Of a stretch of DNA of 64,000 nt, positions 60,283-64,000 are shown piece by piece (within the stretch, counting starts at the first letter, position 1; every line of letters begins with the position of its first letter). Both the position numbers and the translations under genes were made by a program. Source of the stretch: Candidatus Dojkabacteria bacterium. Lineage in GTDB: Bacteria > Patescibacteriota > Dojkabacteria > B142 > OLB20. The notes under the pieces were generated by a model. The model did not search any database. It was not told where the DNA came from and saw nothing but the letters and a program-made list of their open reading frames with translations. The stretch is taken from contig DAOMOX010000002.1 of assembly GCA_035444565.1 (NCBI GenBank), positions 8,013 to 72,012 of the forward strand, written 5' to 3'.

Positions 60283-61104
60283 TTATATGTGACCTAGTAT
60301 TATTATAACGAAAATAATCACAAATACTGCAAGATATTCGATAATTACCTTCAAATCTAGTGATTTTTCTTCGTAATGATTAACAACAGCGGTGAAGTAA
60401 TAGTATACGAAAGTTGTAAGTATAGTATGTGCGACTATTGAAATGTCAAAGTTCAGTAGCGCGAGGAATGAATTAAAGTATACCAACAACATTGCAAATA
60501 GCATCATTCCGCCTTGTTTATTTATTATATGGTATCTTGCAAGTGTTAAGTAACCCAGAATAATTAACACAGCGGTGTTCATTAATCCAGAGATAATATA
60601 TAACTCTCCCAACAGTGCTGTGACAACGAAAATAGAAAAAGCAAGCATAAATACACTCGCGATACTAATCACGTCATACACATTAGCTGTTTTATTTTCT
60701 AATTTATATTTATTCTCATAGTATGCCTTGATATTTAAAAACAGAATTGAGAATAGAACAAGTGAGATTAATGCAATTACCAAAGCCATATTAAGCTGTG
60801 AATTTGCAAAAACGAATAGAACAATACTCACAAACAATACAGTCGGCATTATTAAATGATGCACCCAATGAGCCTTCCTGTGCTTCTTACTTTTTGATGT
60901 TAATTCGAATTGATCATCAAATGTTGTAGCATAAAACTTAGTACTATAAAGTTCGAAAAGTAGAAGTGTGTATAAACTTATAGAGGCTGCGAAGTAACTA
61001 ATTGCACTAGAGGTATGCAAAATACTGTAAAGCGCCATTATCCCGATAGTTATCATCACTGCATAAATGTATGGACGCTTTGTATATTGGACTAATGTCT
61101 TCAT
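60283..61104 (-). CDS. Polytopic membrane protein, unknown function
   Basis: About 9 hydrophobic segments. Confidence 0.75.
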   Translation of the reverse strand: MKTLVQYTKRPYIYAVMITIGIMALYSILHTSSAISYFAASISLYTLLLFELYSTKFYATTFDDQFELTSKSKKHRKAHWVHHLIMPTVLFVSIVLFVFANSQLNMALVIALISLVLFSILFLNIKAYYENKYKLENKTANVYDVISIASVFMLAFSIFVVTALLGELYIISGLMNTAVLIILGYLTLARYHIINKQGGMMLFAMLLVYFNSFLALLNFDISIVAHTILTTFVYYYFTAVVNHYEEKSLDLKVIIEYLAVFVIIFVIIILGHI

Positions 61105-62576
61105 TAGATTATTGATCCTCCGAATCCTCCCATAAATACAACTAAAATAAGAATTATCATCGCTGAGAGGTGTAGATGTGATTTACTTCGTTTGACACCG
61201 GTAAGCCCCGATCTGTGGATTACATAGAAATCGAACATAAACAATGCAAATAGTATCATTATAAATGCAAAATTGACCTGTGATTGAATACCCCCAGCAT
61301 TAATTGAGCTCAAAAGTGACCCCGAAATAATTGTTCGAATGTCATTACCTTCATAGTCTTGAGCTAAAAAAGAATTATGCTCAAATTGTCCTAGAATCTC
61401 ATTACTTGGCATTTCTAAAACAGTCTGATTTCCTGCAGAATCTTCAGCGGTAATACCTAACACGACCTCACCTTCTAATAATTTTTTAGATAATTGGATT
61501 TCCCATGAACCGTCTTCACTTTTTATAAACAAATCGCTAATTAGATTTGTAGAGACCTTTATTGTATCGTCAGCACTATATATTTTGAATTTAATCATTT
61601 CATCCTCACCTTCTCCAAGATAACTAATTTCCATCTTTTCTTGATCAATCTCTGGTGCAATAGTATCTATTGTAAAGTTCACTACAGGGGATTCATTTAC
61701 CTGTTTATCGTTTATATAACTAACGGCTTTAAGAGTTTTTGCTCCATCCTCTAGAGCTGATGGTCTGAAGCTAAAATTTTCACCTTTCGAATCAACTCTA
61801 CCAACATTAATTTCATTTATAAATATATCTATTACGCTAATGTCAGGTTTAGTACCTTTTATTTCTGGCTGATTGGTATTTAGAACGGCTCCAATTTGTG
61901 GGTCTGTGATATTTGTTCCTGGAATACTTGTAGGAACTACAGTAGGTACAGCTGTTGGTGCTGGTTTGTTTGTGGGTGTTACTGTCTTTGTTGTCACCTG
62001 AGTTACTGGTTTGGCAGTGGGAGCAGGTGCAGTAACTTTTTGTTTAGAACCAAAATGAACAACAACAATTGTATTATTTGGATTTCCTTGATAACTACCA
62101 TAAGCAAATCCGATACCTATTTCTGTGAAATTCCCACTCAATACATTTGCCCTGTGAGTAGGACTGTTCATCCAGGCATTCATTAAAGTACTACTATTCG
62201 TGAAACCCTCCCCAAGATTCTCCCCTGCATATATGTACTCATAACCAGCATTCAAGATAAAACTCCACGGAGATGTTCCAGGAGGACAATAATGATCCCA
62301 ACAGTCAGATGATAACATTGCTTGCGCTTTGTTGGTTGCTGAAGTAACTAATTGGTTGTTGACTGTGAGACCTCCAAGACCATTTGCAGCTCGATTAGAA
62401 TTGTGAAGGCTGTATAAGGTCCCTGCATCTACTGCTGCTTGTACTGTGCTCAATCCTAGTTGACCAACAACAACATTGAAAAGGAAAATAACCAATACAT
62501 AGATAACCAATACAGATCTATGCAAAAGGTATGGAGTGTAGTTGTTTTGAGAGGTTGGCAGTAAAAATCTTCTCAT
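61104..62576 (-). CDS. CAP/SCP-domain membrane protein with PT linker, Ig-like domain and two C-terminal TMs
   Basis: N..R..NGL..L, AGENL, AWMNSPTHRANVL...FTEIGIG; IDTIAP. Confidence 0.85.
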   Translation of the reverse strand: MRRFLLPTSQNNYTPYLLHRSVLVIYVLVIFLFNVVVGQLGLSTVQAAVDAGTLYSLHNSNRAANGLGGLTVNNQLVTSATNKAQAMLSSDCWDHYCPPGTSPWSFILNAGYEYIYAGENLGEGFTNSSTLMNAWMNSPTHRANVLSGNFTEIGIGFAYGSYQGNPNNTIVVVHFGSKQKVTAPAPTAKPVTQVTTKTVTPTNKPAPTAVPTVVPTSIPGTNITDPQIGAVLNTNQPEIKGTKPDISVIDIFINEINVGRVDSKGENFSFRPSALEDGAKTLKAVSYINDKQVNESPVVNFTIDTIAPEIDQEKMEISYLGEGEDEMIKFKIYSADDTIKVSTNLISDLFIKSEDGSWEIQLSKKLLEGEVVLGITAEDSAGNQTVLEMPSNEILGQFEHNSFLAQDYEGNDIRTIISGSLLSSINAGGIQSQVNFAFIMILFALFMFDFYVIHRSGLTGVKRSKSHLHLSAMIILILVVFMGGFGGSII

Positions 62577-62735
62577 ATTTCGAATACTTATACTAAATAT
62601 AATAGCAGAAATCAGAAAACTTGAAAGTATTCTCGTTTATTCTTCACCATGACATACGCATAAATGATATAATTAATATATACATTTATTCATTGAATTT
62701 GTGTTAATAATAGGATGAATTTTCAATAAGAAAAT

Positions 62736-62837
62736 ATGACAGGAGATTATCAAAAATTAATCAATCTTCTTGAGCAAATTGAAAGAGAAGTTGAGGAACT
62801 TGAAAAAGATATACTTAATATCTACCTCTTTCAGTAG
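62736..62837 (+). CDS. Possible 33-aa coiled-coil microprotein
   Basis: MTGDYQKLINLLEQIEREVEELEKDILNIYLFQ; TGnTATAAT at 62665-62673. Confidence 0.35.
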   Translation: MTGDYQKLINLLEQIEREVEELEKDILNIYLFQ

Positions 62838-62859
62838 TTGAGTGATTAATCAACCATAA

Positions 62860-63978
62860 TTACACTTTACTTCCTACAGCATCTGAGATGCTATCATATC
62901 CATCTTTTTTCAATAAATCTACGAGCCCGTGATTAATTTGCCCAATTAGTTGCGGGCCGTTGAAAATCATACCTGTAATCATTTGTACCAGATTTGCACC
63001 ATAGCAGATTTTTTCGTATGCACTTTCCGCAGAATCAACTCCTCCAACTCCAATTATTGTAATTTTACTTTTATACTTTTTGTAAGTTAATCTTATTAAA
63101 TTGTTAGATAGCTCTCGTGTTGGAAGTCCACTAACTCCGCCTCTCATATCATCTGGATAATCCTCAGTAATATATTCACTATTTCGATCTTTGTTTAAAT
63201 TTCCAATTATCACACCTGCGATCTTATGTTTAATTGCGGTTTCTACAAGCGGGTCAAATTTATCCCATGGTAAATTAATTGGCATTTTTAGATAAACTGG
63301 TTTTTTAGTTTTTATTTGTCTTAGCGAAGTTAATAAACTATCCAATCGTTCTGGTGTAGAATACGGTTCACCATAAAAAGTGTTTGGACATGAAATATTA
63401 ATTGTGTAATAGTCACCGATATTTGAATTCACTAGTTTTTCGAATGATCCCTTGTAGTCTTCTATACCCTCTTCGAATCCACTAGCTTCTACTGAATTGG
63501 TTCTGGCTATAGATACTCCCAATATATTTCCATTTGAAGATTTATAGTTATTCTTTATTTTGTCAATAATTTTATCAACACCTATGTTTTTTAATCCGTA
63601 GAAAACTACTAAACCCTTATCTTTTTTCAGTCTGTACAATCTTGGCTTCGGGTTTCCTGCGTATGGATGTAATGTCACAGAACCAATCTCTGCGAAACTA
63701 AAGCCGACACTATGAATCACTCTTATCAAATTCGCATCTTTATCAAAACCAGCAGACAATCCGATAGGATTTCTGTAAGTTAAACCATCCACTTTCTGTA
63801 CCAATTTTTCATGGTTAAAATCGAAAAGGAGCTTGGTTACAGATTTGAGGAAAGATACATTCCCTAATGTTTGTCCAACTTTTAGCATTCTATCGTGAAC
63901 ATCTTCTGGATCTTTTTTAAAAAAAATCGGTTTTAAAATTTTTTTGTAACTAATTTCAATTAAATTGGTGAGTATCAT
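62860..63978 (-). CDS. pyrD: Quinone-dependent (class 2) dihydroorotate dehydrogenase
   Basis: DPE.VH, NPIGLSAGFDK, EIGSVT..P..GNPKPRL.RL, NISCPN, GGVSG, IIGVGG. Confidence 0.92.
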   Translation of the reverse strand: MILTNLIEISYKKILKPIFFKKDPEDVHDRMLKVGQTLGNVSFLKSVTKLLFDFNHEKLVQKVDGLTYRNPIGLSAGFDKDANLIRVIHSVGFSFAEIGSVTLHPYAGNPKPRLYRLKKDKGLVVFYGLKNIGVDKIIDKIKNNYKSSNGNILGVSIARTNSVEASGFEEGIEDYKGSFEKLVNSNIGDYYTINISCPNTFYGEPYSTPERLDSLLTSLRQIKTKKPVYLKMPINLPWDKFDPLVETAIKHKIAGVIIGNLNKDRNSEYITEDYPDDMRGGVSGLPTRELSNNLIRLTYKKYKSKITIIGVGGVDSAESAYEKICYGANLVQMITGMIFNGPQLIGQINHGLVDLLKKDGYDSISDAVGSKV

Positions 63979-64000
63979 TTTATTAATTTTTTAACTTCAT

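Noticed and set aside
1-64000. Alternative genetic code (UGA=Gly)
   Set aside because: Conserved genes are full length under code 11, and TGA ends genes at expected positions (mutS, thpR, 57592..59040)

Overview
AT-rich, gene-dense window from a bacterial chromosome using the standard genetic code. Gene content and style (ND-AspRS, short MurE, sortase, giant orphan surface protein, overlapping stop/start codons) suggest a Patescibacteria/CPR genome; this taxonomy is inference. Housekeeping genes: gatD, recO, mutS, flavodoxin-korAB, miaA, a dcw block (mraZ-rsmH-ftsL-ftsI-murA-murF-like-ECF sigma-murE), aspS, rarA, secA, thpR, hpf and pyrD. Main anomalies: (1) an NrdR-regulated operon with THREE class II ribonucleotide-reductase barrels, two fused in one 1434-aa chain, all with catalytic cysteines but each with different specificity-loop and phosphate-binding motifs; (2) a tRNA-Leu(TAG) nested between tRNA-Leu 5' and 3' fragments whose D- and T-loops carry related hairpin insertions; (3) an orphan island with a tandem two-ATPase MutS-like protein and a 3726-aa acidic membrane protein; (4) a miniature T-box riboswitch ahead of an AspRS-YbaK fusion; (5) a sortase facing two secreted proteins that end in VPVTD-stop with no C-terminal membrane anchor. 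All calls come from reading motifs by eye; no database searches were run.
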